Assembly: GCA_048938855.1 (NCBI GenBank)
Contig: JBHLLT010000002.1
Coordinates: forward strand, 384,001-448,000
DNA from: Promethearchaeota archaeon
GTDB taxonomy: Archaea; Asgardarchaeota; Lokiarchaeia; Sigyniarchaeales; SOKP01
Length of the DNA: 64,000 nt
Reading direction: 5' to 3'
This document shows, one piece after another, positions 40,052 through 49,400 of this stretch; position 1 is the stretch's first letter, and each line of letters begins with the position of its first letter. A model generated the notes under the pieces. The model saw nothing but the letters and a program-made list of their open reading frames with translations, was not told where the DNA came from and ran no database searches. Position numbers and translations under genes: made by a program.

Positions 40052-41275
40052 TTATTCTAATTTTAATACTTCTTTTATAATTTCATCACCAGGATACTTG
40101 AAAATTATTCCTAATTCCTTTGGAAAATATACAGTTACTATAGAATTCTCTAAAAATGATTCATGTATTTCAAAAGTAGCGGGTCTGGTGACTATAATGA
40201 GCTTATCTTTATGATTTACTTCCACTAATATTTCGAATCGGTAAAATACTCCCATAAATTTACGACGGAGTATTTTTCCTAATATTGCATTTCTCTTTTC
40301 TTTAACACGATTACCAAGTCGAATTTTCATATGATTAGCTCGAACAACTAGTAATATTTTATCATCATGCTGGATTTCATTATATAATGATTTTTCCAAA
40401 TAGCCGGCAAATTTATCCTCAAGACCGATGTCTATTAAAATTGGTATTGAATCTTCTTGAAGTTTATTAAAGAGTTTATCACCTTGTTTTGATTTACTGT
40501 AAATATCCCATTTAGGTTCTTCATTTTTAATAGAAATTCCATCAAAATAATTAATTTCGCTCAGAAAATTAGCTGCAAAAAGATTAATAGGATGATAATA
40601 AATTTCATGGGGTGTCCCAACCTGAACAAGTCTACCTTGGTTAATCACTGCTATTCTATCAGCAGCCATCATTGCTTCTTCTTCATCATTCGTGACATGA
40701 ATAACTGTTAAGCTTAATTCTTTTGATTTTGCCATAAGGAGCAATTCTCTTCGAAGACTCATTCTAAGTCCAGCATCAAGAGCTTTTAATGGCTCATCTA
40801 ATATCAATAACTTTGTCTGTTCTAAATTTAGCAAGGATCGGCACAAAGCGACTCTTTGTTTCATTCCGCCACTTAATTGATCTGGAAAAGCATCATTTCT
40901 TCCTGTTAAGAGAGTCATCATTAAGACTTGATCAACTAGAGTTTGAGTAATTTGAGGATCCCTCGCATTTACCCTACCACTGTAAGAAATATTATCAACA
41001 ATATTCATATGAGGAAATAATGCATAGTTTTCAAACATGAAACCTATGTTTCGTTCCCCTGATGTTTTTTTGGTAACATCTTGTCCATCAAAAAATATTG
41101 TTCCAGAATCAGAGTTAATAAGTCCTGCAATAATTTTAAGTAATGTAGTTTTACCTGCTCCCGTAGGGCCTAAAATAATAAAATATTCATTATCTTTAAT
41201 TTCCAAGGAAATATCATCTAAAGCAGTGAAATTTCTAAATTTCTTTGAAATATTAGTTAACTTTATATCTACCAC
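40052..41275 (-). CDS. ABC importer ATPase (CysA/PotA/MalK-like, TOBE domain)
   Basis: GPTGAGKT, LSGGMKQR, LILDEP; Q-loop reads FEN and H-loop reads VTND. Confidence 0.88.
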   Translation of the reverse strand: MVDIKLTNISKKFRNFTALDDISLEIKDNEYFIILGPTGAGKTTLLKIIAGLINSDSGTIFFDGQDVTKKTSGERNIGFMFENYALFPHMNIVDNISYSGRVNARDPQITQTLVDQVLMMTLLTGRNDAFPDQLSGGMKQRVALCRSLLNLEQTKLLILDEPLKALDAGLRMSLRRELLLMAKSKELSLTVIHVTNDEEEAMMAADRIAVINQGRLVQVGTPHEIYYHPINLFAANFLSEINYFDGISIKNEEPKWDIYSKSKQGDKLFNKLQEDSIPILIDIGLEDKFAGYLEKSLYNEIQHDDKILLVVRANHMKIRLGNRVKEKRNAILGKILRRKFMGVFYRFEILVEVNHKDKLIIVTRPATFEIHESFLENSIVTVYFPKELGIIFKYPGDEIIKEVLKLE

Positions 41276-41286
41276 TAGTCTTTCAC

Positions 41287-42432
41287 CTACGATAAAGAGA
41301 GTTCATAAAGAAGGTTATCTGGTGATTTGAATACATGTATATCATCTTTATGAATTCCAATTATTAATTTTTGTCCAGAGATAAAATTCTCCTCAAAATT
41401 TCCTGGTTTCACTGAAATAAATTTATCACCATTATCTAAAAATAAGTAGAATCTTTTTGTTGCCCCAATAAACCTTGAGTTTTCTAAATTTGCTTCAAAT
41501 AATTGCATTTTTGACCAATCATATTGACTACTTTTAAAATCATAATCTTCGGGAAATAAATAAACATCTTCAAAACGGAAAGCGATTACAATATTATCAT
41601 CTAAATCAAATTCATTATTATAATTATTTGTTTCAAATTTGGGACCACCTAACCTTATCCATATTTTCATTTCTTCATTTTCAAGTAATTTCAGTACAAA
41701 ACCTTGAAGAAAATTTGTCTCCCCTAAAAAATTCGCTACAAATATACTATTTGGACTTTCATATAATTCATAAGGAGATCCCATTTGAAGGAGTTTTCCT
41801 CCTCTCATGATAATTATTTTATCTGCTATGGCCATAGCTTCCTCTTGATTATGGGTCACATGTATAGCAGTGAGATCTAAATCTTTTATTAAATTTCTTA
41901 ATTGATGTCGAAAAACTTTTGAAATTTTTGGATCAAGAGAGCCCAATGGTTCATCCATTATTAAAATTTTAGCTCCCGTTGCAATAGCTCTTGCTATACC
42001 TAATTTTTGTAACCCAGGATTTCCAAACATTGATGGATACTCATCAGCGTATTGCAATAAATCAACAGTCTTTAGAGCTTTTTCAGTTTCTTTAAGAATA
42101 TACTCGTCATCATAACCTCGCATTTCTAAGCCAAATGTTACATTTTCCCAAACTGTTAAATGTTCAAAAATTTCAAAGTGTTGAAAAATAAAACCCATAT
42201 CTCTATCTTCAGGTGGGATGCCTTTTACATCTTTTCCATCTATTAAAACTTGTCCTTTTGTTGGTTCTTCGAGCCCAGCTATCATTCTAAGTGTTGTAGT
42301 TTTCCCACAACCAGTAGGTCCTATCAAAAAGACATACTCTCCATGTTCAATTTTTACAGAAATGTTGTCCACAGCAAGAACCTTTCCTTCATTAAAAGTT
42401 TTGATAATATCTACTAACTCAATAGTTGGCAT
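41287..42432 (-). CDS. ABC importer ATPase (CysA/PotA/MalK-like) with degenerate signature motif
   Basis: GPTGCGKT, FQH, LIMDEP and VTHN intact; signature position reads FGNPG. Confidence 0.88.
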   Translation of the reverse strand: MPTIELVDIIKTFNEGKVLAVDNISVKIEHGEYVFLIGPTGCGKTTTLRMIAGLEEPTKGQVLIDGKDVKGIPPEDRDMGFIFQHFEIFEHLTVWENVTFGLEMRGYDDEYILKETEKALKTVDLLQYADEYPSMFGNPGLQKLGIARAIATGAKILIMDEPLGSLDPKISKVFRHQLRNLIKDLDLTAIHVTHNQEEAMAIADKIIIMRGGKLLQMGSPYELYESPNSIFVANFLGETNFLQGFVLKLLENEEMKIWIRLGGPKFETNNYNNEFDLDDNIVIAFRFEDVYLFPEDYDFKSSQYDWSKMQLFEANLENSRFIGATKRFYLFLDNGDKFISVKPGNFEENFISGQKLIIGIHKDDIHVFKSPDNLLYELSLS

Positions 42433-42436
42433 TAAG

Positions 42437-44113
42437 TTATCCCCTCTTTTTTGTTACTACTCTCAAAGCAAAAATTAAGAATGCACTAAAAATTATAACA
42501 ATTACACTTGCAAATATACCTGATGCATAAGCATTTGCTTCAACGAAATCAACAATAAGTACTGGAACCGTTCGTATACCACCCATAACAACAATCGTAG
42601 CACCTGTTTCTCCTAATGAACGTGTAAATGTCATTATACATCCTGCAATGATCCCTTGCTTTATATTAGGAAGTGTAATTTTTCTGAATACAGTCATATT
42701 AGATGCCCCTAAAGTTCGAGCAGCTTCTTCTACTCCTTTATTTGAAGTCTCCAAAACACCAATAATAGGCCGAACCATATAAGGAAATGTAAATGCAATA
42801 TGCACAAATAAAATCATAAAAAATCCGGATTGAAATAATCCTAAACCAGCAGGTCCCCAAAACATGAATGTTGCGAATCCCAAAGCAGCTGATGGTATTG
42901 CTATTGGGATATCTAAAATAGTATCTAAAAATGTGATAACCCTCCCCCAATTTCTTTTTGTTATAATAAACGCAAATGGGATCCCAAAAATAATATTCAC
43001 AAATACTGCCAACGCGCCAATTTCAATTGAATAAATGAAACTAGTATATAAAAAGGCCCATTTATAATCTCCTCCTAAAAATACTTCGCCTACAAAATCT
43101 TCTCCAATAATTTGTGTTACAATATAAAAAGCGGGGATAAGAATTATAACAAAAAGGATTCCTAAAGCCAGAATGTCCCTTAAATATCTTAAATTCTTTT
43201 TACTTAAAAATCTTTCAAACTTAGGCCATACAGATTTAACTGGAATTCCTACTTTACGAGTTAAAAACTTAATTGAAAATAATAATAAAATAGATACTGC
43301 AATTAATATTCCAGCTAACAATGAAGCAGATGGCAATTGTAATTGCCTTCTAAATCCAACAATCAAAATAGGGGCAGTTTCAACTAATCCTGAAAGTATA
43401 ATAGTCGCTCCAGTCTCGCCTAAACTCCTCGTAAATGCAAGAACAGCACCAGCTATTAAACCTTCTTTCATCAATGGAACTGTAATAGTTCGAAAAACTG
43501 TAATGCCTGAAGCACCAAGCGTTCGGGCGGCATCTTCATAGAGTGTCGCAGTTTTTTCTAATACAATTTTCATATTCCTTACAATATATGGAAATGTAAA
43601 AACAACATGTCCCAATAAAATTAAACTAAAGCCCGGTGTGATGCCAAAAATACCCCAAAATAACATTATGGAAAACCCTAATGCACTTGTAGGTACTGCC
43701 ATTGGTAAATCCACCATAGCATCAAGGATTTTCTTTCCTCTAAAATTATAACGAGTTAATATTATTGAAATTGGAAAAGCGATTACAATATCAATTCCAA
43801 CCGCAATAGATGCAATTGAGAATGAAGTACCAAGAGCCTTCAGTATATTAATCCATTGTAGATTACCTAAAAGTGAGTCATTAAAAACATCCTCATTAAT
43901 TGCAGCAATATTAAAAAAAATGGTAGAAAAAATGTTAATTATAGGACCGATAATAACCAAAATAAAAAATATTATTACAATGGTATCTAGACTTTTCCTG
44001 TAAATTGATTTGGAGAAGAACCTGTCTAATTTAAGACTAAGAGGTAATTTTAACTCCTCTACACCATATTCCTGTTTTAAATTCTGTTGCTTTTTAACGA
44101 TTTTTTTAAACAT
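42437..44113 (-). CDS. Fused two-domain ABC permease (CysT/CysW/ModB-like)
   Basis: Two repeats of D(L/I)P.A(V/I)P, E(D/E)AARTLGAS and FTRSLGETGAT. Confidence 0.88.
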   Translation of the reverse strand: MFKKIVKKQQNLKQEYGVEELKLPLSLKLDRFFSKSIYRKSLDTIVIIFFILVIIGPIINIFSTIFFNIAAINEDVFNDSLLGNLQWINILKALGTSFSIASIAVGIDIVIAFPISIILTRYNFRGKKILDAMVDLPMAVPTSALGFSIMLFWGIFGITPGFSLILLGHVVFTFPYIVRNMKIVLEKTATLYEDAARTLGASGITVFRTITVPLMKEGLIAGAVLAFTRSLGETGATIILSGLVETAPILIVGFRRQLQLPSASLLAGILIAVSILLLFSIKFLTRKVGIPVKSVWPKFERFLSKKNLRYLRDILALGILFVIILIPAFYIVTQIIGEDFVGEVFLGGDYKWAFLYTSFIYSIEIGALAVFVNIIFGIPFAFIITKRNWGRVITFLDTILDIPIAIPSAALGFATFMFWGPAGLGLFQSGFFMILFVHIAFTFPYMVRPIIGVLETSNKGVEEAARTLGASNMTVFRKITLPNIKQGIIAGCIMTFTRSLGETGATIVVMGGIRTVPVLIVDFVEANAYASGIFASVIVIIFSAFLIFALRVVTKKRG

Positions 44114-44130
44114 ATTTCTTCTTTTTTCTC

Positions 44131-45255
44131 TTAAGCTGTTGCTTTACATAATAACCATAAATCAGGGATCTTTAATAACACATCACCATCCACAGGAGTA
44201 TGTAATTCAGGAATGGTTAAATTAAAGGCAATTCCATTGGTCTCATAATTAAAGACATCTGGATCCAAAGGAATTGAGGGATCAATTGGTCTAAATCCAT
44301 ACTCTAAGGCGGTGACGACTGTTTCATTTTTATTTAAAAAATCAAGAAATGCTTTAGCTACTACTCTTTGCTGAGGACTTATCCAATCTGCGTTTAATAT
44401 ACAAAATGGATGGTCACTATATAAAGTGCCTTCGTCTGGATAGATAGCAATGATTTTTCCTCCTGTAGCTGTGCTTGAAATATCTCTAATTAAATTTTCA
44501 TATAAAAAAGCAATATTCAAACCAGTTGGACCCTCATTTTTCATATAACGTGCCAAGAAACCGGTAGAAGTGCCATAAACCACAGCACTAGACTCAAATT
44601 CCCTTAGCCATTGTTGATTTCCTAGATTTGTTAGATCGGACATAGTCAAATTCTCTGAAGATATACCAGATGCAGCTGATAATGCCATTATTACACTCAT
44701 AAATCCCGAATTTGATAAACGAGGGTCGGTATGAGCCATTCTGATATGTACATTTGGGTTTAAAGTTAGATTATGTACATCTCTAAACCCATGAATATTA
44801 TAAGTTTGATTAAATGATTCCCAAGTAGCAATTACTATGGGTGAGTATATTATTTTAACTGCACCGCTAATATTTACTATTGGTATGGTACTTTGAGTTA
44901 ACTCTGCCCATTTAGAATTTAAAAATGTCATCCATATCGAGCTAGCAGGACTCCAAATTGTGGGTTTGATCTCACCATTGAGTATGCTAATAACACTATC
45001 CGAACTCCCATAAGGATGGAGATCTATTGAAATTGGATCATCTGGATTATTGTTTTGCCAATAAACGATAAAATCTGAATAAGCTCTTGCCATCCAGCTA
45101 GCTTTCTCTGAGCTGTAAATTATTGTTATATGCACATTTCTTTTTTCATTTGAAAGTGTTAAGTTAGTCAGAGAGAATCCGAAAATGAAACCAATAATAA
45201 AAGTGAATACGAATACATTTTGATTTCGTTTTCGTGCCTTATGTCGAACGCTCAT
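44131..45255 (-). CDS. Extracellular solute-binding protein of the type usually fused to vWA domains (no vWA domain here)
   Basis: N-terminal anchor; SSEK, WSPASS, SPIVIA, TDPRLSNSG, YEN, YPDEGTLYSDHPF, GFRP. Confidence 0.75.
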   Translation of the reverse strand: MSVRHKARKRNQNVFVFTFIIGFIFGFSLTNLTLSNEKRNVHITIIYSSEKASWMARAYSDFIVYWQNNNPDDPISIDLHPYGSSDSVISILNGEIKPTIWSPASSIWMTFLNSKWAELTQSTIPIVNISGAVKIIYSPIVIATWESFNQTYNIHGFRDVHNLTLNPNVHIRMAHTDPRLSNSGFMSVIMALSAASGISSENLTMSDLTNLGNQQWLREFESSAVVYGTSTGFLARYMKNEGPTGLNIAFLYENLIRDISSTATGGKIIAIYPDEGTLYSDHPFCILNADWISPQQRVVAKAFLDFLNKNETVVTALEYGFRPIDPSIPLDPDVFNYETNGIAFNLTIPELHTPVDGDVLLKIPDLWLLCKATA

Positions 45256-45282
45256 CCTCTAATATCACGTCATTCTTAGACG

Positions 45283-45381
45283 TTATATGAATGATCTAAT
45301 ATAATTATCTATAATTGCAAATATGATCCCACTAAAAATCCCAATCATCAATACTATGATTATCCAAATTCGTCTTTTCAT
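45283..45381 (-). CDS. Putative 32-aa single-TM peptide leading the ABC operon, not in the ORF track
   Basis: MKRRIWIIIVLMIGIFSGIIFAIIDNYIRSFI; ATG start; ends 27 bp before the binding-protein gene. Confidence 0.5.
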   Translation of the reverse strand: MKRRIWIIIVLMIGIFSGIIFAIIDNYIRSFI

Positions 45382-45438
45382 TATTAATATATAATGGTCG
45401 ATTTATTATATTTGTTTAATAAATCCCAAATAAGCTCA

Positions 45439-45481
45439 CTATATACACTATATATTCTATATAGCCCTTGTTTTTATATAG
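45439..45481. promoter_or_regulatory. Three CTATATA direct repeats at 9-bp period plus TTATATAG upstream of the ABC operon
   Basis: CTATATA at 45439, 45448 and 45457; TTATATAG at 45474. Confidence 0.55.
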
Positions 45482-45499
45482 TCAGAGATCATAACAATG

Positions 45500-47071
45500 C
45501 TATATCAGACTTGATCCTACAACACTATTATGTGGCTTTGTTCCCATAAGTTCTAGTAAGGTTGGAACTATATCAGTAATTTTACAAACTTTTATTTCTT
45601 TTTTCGGAATTTCTAAAGAACCTCCGATAATTAATGGGACTTTCATACAACTTCTTAGACCGAGATCATGATCAAAGAGATTTTTACTTTTCTGCTTTCC
45701 ATGGTGAATACTAAATTTTATTTTCCCATCATTACATAGTATTATATCGGCGCTTCTTGGATTTTTTAAATGGCGTGGTATTAGATCTGGATGCATTGAG
45801 TAATCTAAATGGTTTGTTGCTTCTAACCACTCTTGAGTTGAGTGAAATTTATTATCCATCAGTTTGCTTGCTCCGCTATCGTTTAAAAAATTGAACATAT
45901 CTATTTCACTACTTTCTGAGCTATATCGTGTTTTGTAATCTTTACCAATCCCTTCATATTCGATCTTACCTGAAATGATTGTACCATTCTTATTTATTTT
46001 TCTTTTAAGATGGATAATGCCCTTTTTATACGTATTTTTATCATCTCCATAAAACATTAACCGACTACCTTTAATCTTAAACAGTTCTTTGAATAAATTC
46101 ACTCCCTTTGGGCCATATTTCTCTAGTTCTTTATTTGTAGGGCATCTCCAGCCATTATTATCTGAATTTTTATTTCCCTTAAAGTAGAAAAAACCTACAC
46201 CCGCATAATAAGCAAGATCTATATTTCCTTTTGTATATTTAAAAGGATGATAGTTCATTAGACCATTCTTCTTTAGAAAGGGATTTAAATCTCCAACATG
46301 TTCTGCTTTATAATTTCCATGATCTGAAGTAATGGCAATAGCTGTTTCATCTAAATAACCTAATTTATCTAAATTATCAATTAAAACTCCAATTACCTTA
46401 TCGATGTGGAGCAAATTTATTTTGTAAAGATAAGAATCGAAGCCAAACCTATGCATTAATAGATCTGAAGACATAAACCACATAGAAGAGGCAATTGGAG
46501 GTTCTGGATTATCAAAATATCTTCTCGGTGATTCAAAAATCTTAATTAACTTTTGAGTTATAACAGAATTCGATCGAATAAATCTTCTTTTTACTCCGGG
46601 AAAGTATTTTAGAAAAAGGTAAAACATTGCAAGTTTTGATTTTCTTTCGGGAAAAATATAGTCTGAACCTCTATTAATAAATTGAGCTATACTTGCTTTA
46701 TTCCCGTCTCCCACCATCTCTAAGATTGTTTTACATCTATCACCCATATCCTCATTAATTTTGTAAATTTGTAAGTTTTTTGAAGCATATTCTCTTAAAA
46801 TAGGTGGAGCTACATTACGTCCCATCCAATTTAAAAGAGGAACTCCGTGAGATGGTTCTTTCCTGAAATCTCCAGTATATGATCCAGTAATAATAGATAC
46901 TTGGGTTGGATAAGTCACTGGTGGAAAATCAGTGATACAATTCTTTGAATGTATTCCATTATCCATTAATTTTTTAAGATTAGGAAGTAAGCCCTTGTCT
47001 ATATAATCAAAGAGATGATCTGCTCTTACATCATCGACAATGCAGAGAATTATTCTATTAACTTTATTAAT
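45500..47071 (-). CDS. Alkaline phosphatase superfamily / nucleotide pyrophosphatase-phosphodiesterase (extended to an ATT start)
   Basis: First metal motif IILCIVDDVRAD lies upstream of the track start; FPPVTYP nucleophile, DLLMH, TSDHG, FDHD. Confidence 0.85.
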   Translation of the reverse strand: MNKVNRIILCIVDDVRADHLFDYIDKGLLPNLKKLMDNGIHSKNCITDFPPVTYPTQVSIITGSYTGDFRKEPSHGVPLLNWMGRNVAPPILREYASKNLQIYKINEDMGDRCKTILEMVGDGNKASIAQFINRGSDYIFPERKSKLAMFYLFLKYFPGVKRRFIRSNSVITQKLIKIFESPRRYFDNPEPPIASSMWFMSSDLLMHRFGFDSYLYKINLLHIDKVIGVLIDNLDKLGYLDETAIAITSDHGNYKAEHVGDLNPFLKKNGLMNYHPFKYTKGNIDLAYYAGVGFFYFKGNKNSDNNGWRCPTNKELEKYGPKGVNLFKELFKIKGSRLMFYGDDKNTYKKGIIHLKRKINKNGTIISGKIEYEGIGKDYKTRYSSESSEIDMFNFLNDSGASKLMDNKFHSTQEWLEATNHLDYSMHPDLIPRHLKNPRSADIILCNDGKIKFSIHHGKQKSKNLFDHDLGLRSCMKVPLIIGGSLEIPKKEIKVCKITDIVPTLLELMGTKPHNSVVGSSLI

Positions 47072-47176
47072 TAAAGATCACCAGACAATTATACTTTCAA
47101 ATTCTTTGAAATTAATAAATTTTAATGATTGCATGGATTTTCGTGGTAATAATAAGATAAGAATAAGATATCTAGG

Positions 47177-47944
47177 TTATAACTTCAAACTGATGAGTGC
47201 TTGGATCTCCTTTATGATCATTGTTACCATTTCTTCTTCAATCAGCTTTCCTTTCTCTTTTGTAGCTAGTGTAGGGTTACCCCATATGCCAGTTGGTGAG
47301 TAATGACTAGTTTTATTATATATCCTTGAGAGACCACGTAAATTAGGTCTATTATCATAATCTTCCACGGCTTGCTTCATATTAACTGTTTCAGTGGCTA
47401 TATATAACATAAAAGATGTTTCACCTTCATCTGCGTGAGTTCCTCCTTCCTGAGACAAAAGATTTTCAGGTAGGCGTTCATCTATCTCAAGAAGATTTGA
47501 GTACTTCAAGATTATTCCTTTGGTTTGTAGTTTAACCGAGGCTAATCTTAAAGGCTCCAATGTAGATACACCAGTATTTAGAATATAGAATTTTTTTATT
47601 CCATATCCATGCATTGATTCACAAATATCAATAATTACATTCTGAAAAGTCTCTGATTTTAAAGAGACTGAACCAGGATATTCTAAAAAAGCGGGATAAT
47701 AACCATACTGTAAAGTTGGAAGAATAATTACTGACACCTGTTCGCAAACACGATTCCTGAGGTGTTCAGCTATTAAGTAATCGTTTTTCAATAATAAATG
47801 AGGACCATGCTCTTTAGTACGAGCTCCTAATGCTATTAACACTACCTCCTTCTCTTTGATTATTTCTTCTGCCCGAATCCAATTCATATTTTCTATTAAA
47901 TACGATTTTCCTTGAGTTTCAGCTTTAGATGACTTTATCTCCAT
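47177..47944 (-). CDS. Creatininase/creatinine amidohydrolase family protein
   Basis: KEHGPHL..ND, YPGSVSL, GTHADEGETS, GIWGNP. Confidence 0.88.
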   Translation of the reverse strand: MEIKSSKAETQGKSYLIENMNWIRAEEIIKEKEVVLIALGARTKEHGPHLLLKNDYLIAEHLRNRVCEQVSVIILPTLQYGYYPAFLEYPGSVSLKSETFQNVIIDICESMHGYGIKKFYILNTGVSTLEPLRLASVKLQTKGIILKYSNLLEIDERLPENLLSQEGGTHADEGETSFMLYIATETVNMKQAVEDYDNRPNLRGLSRIYNKTSHYSPTGIWGNPTLATKEKGKLIEEEMVTMIIKEIQALISLKL

Positions 47945-48161
47945 AATATTTCACTTCTAGAGTTAATATATAATGTAATGAAATTCCTTATAGATATTTA
48001 CTATAAGCTTATCAATTATATAATTACAAATTCTTCGAACGTAATAAATCATTTTGTAGAATCGTTACTTTAATGATGTTTAAATATCTTAGAACTTGAA
48101 TAATCAAATAATTAAAGAAGTTTGAAATATTAATGATTTTATTAGGAAACTAAAATGAAAA

Positions 48162-49262
48162 ATGATGAATAGAAAGGAAATTTTTAGAATAATTAAAACA
48201 CTCTCGTCTGCTCGTTCACCATCTGGTTTAGAAAAGGCTCGTGGGGAACTCTTTAAAGCGGAATTAGAGAAAATTATAACTAATAAAAATGTTGAAATTA
48301 GCAATGATTCATTGAATAACTATTATATTAAATTTAATGGTAAAAACAGCAAAAAAACTCTAGCAATATTCGCTCATATGGATGAGATTGGAGGAACGAT
48401 AAGAAGAATAAAAAAGAATGGAACTCTAGAGTTTTCTCAAAGAGGAAGTTATGAAAGTAGGTGGCTCGTTTCAAGAAAAGTTTTAATCTTAAATAAAGAA
48501 GGGAAGTGGATTAACGGTGTTATCGGTGGAAGATCAGCTCATGCTACTCCTCCAAAATTAAGAAGTGAAGAAAAACTAAATAATCTTGAAATGGAGATAT
48601 TTATTGGAGCTGATAACAAAGAGGAAGCCATAAATAAATATAAAATTCATATTGGAGCACCATTCGTATTCTCCGGGGAATTCGAAATACTAAATGAGGA
48701 AATTAATAATAACGTTATTTGTGGGTATTCTATGGATAACTTAGTAGCATTAACTGGATTGGTGCTATTAGTAAAAAAAATATCAGAACATTTATTAAAC
48801 GATTTAGGAAATTTAACTTTACCTCTAGACCTTTATATCGTAGGAACTGCTCGAGAAGAGGTTGGAACTGAAGGTTCTTTATTTTTTGCTAGAAATAATA
48901 ACATTGATGAAATTATAGCGTTGGATATAGGGCTTGTTGAAAATTTTCCAGGAACCGTAAGTTCGGATACAAAATTGAATGAAGGACCTGTTATAGTGTG
49001 GCAAGAAGCAGGTGGTTCGGGTGTTTTCGATTATCAAATATGTAAGTCTCTAGTTGAGGTTGCTGAACAAAATAATATAAAATACCAGAATGGAGTTTTG
49101 GAATTCTATGGTTCTGATGCGGGAAAAGCTCAAAAATGGCTTGGTATCCCATCCGCCTTAGTTGGCATACCAGCTATGTTTGCTCATAATGTACCCGAAA
49201 TAAGCACTTTGGAATGTATCGAACAAGCAGCTGAACTGATATACCAGTACTTAAGAAGGTAA
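48162..49262 (+). CDS. M42-family metallo-aminopeptidase
   Basis: SPSGLE, AHMDEIG, MDN, REEVG, LDIG, GSDAG, AH. Confidence 0.88.
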   Translation: MMNRKEIFRIIKTLSSARSPSGLEKARGELFKAELEKIITNKNVEISNDSLNNYYIKFNGKNSKKTLAIFAHMDEIGGTIRRIKKNGTLEFSQRGSYESRWLVSRKVLILNKEGKWINGVIGGRSAHATPPKLRSEEKLNNLEMEIFIGADNKEEAINKYKIHIGAPFVFSGEFEILNEEINNNVICGYSMDNLVALTGLVLLVKKISEHLLNDLGNLTLPLDLYIVGTAREEVGTEGSLFFARNNNIDEIIALDIGLVENFPGTVSSDTKLNEGPVIVWQEAGGSGVFDYQICKSLVEVAEQNNIKYQNGVLEFYGSDAGKAQKWLGIPSALVGIPAMFAHNVPEISTLECIEQAAELIYQYLRR

Positions 49263-49298
49263 AATTAAGAAGAAATTCTTGATTATTAATAATAATGA

Positions 49299-49400
49299 AG
49301 CCCCCGGTGGGACTTGAACCCACGACCGGCAGATTTTACAGAGTTTCTTATTAAGAGACGCTTTTACAAGTCTGCTGCTCTACCACTAAGCCACGGAGGC
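49299..49400 (-). tRNA. tRNA-Thr(UGU) with a 30-nt intron
   Basis: Acceptor GCCTCCG/CGGGGGC, D arm GCTTAGTGGTAGAGC, anticodon stem GCAGA/TCTGC with loop CT-TGT-AA, T loop GTTCAAGTC, discriminator U, CCA not encoded. Intron at about 49335-49364. Confidence 0.92.

Noticed and set aside
49334-49345. Alternative reading as tRNA-Tyr using CT-GTA at the intron 3' end
   Set aside because: It would give an 8-nt anticodon loop; the acceptor stem and U discriminator fit Thr.
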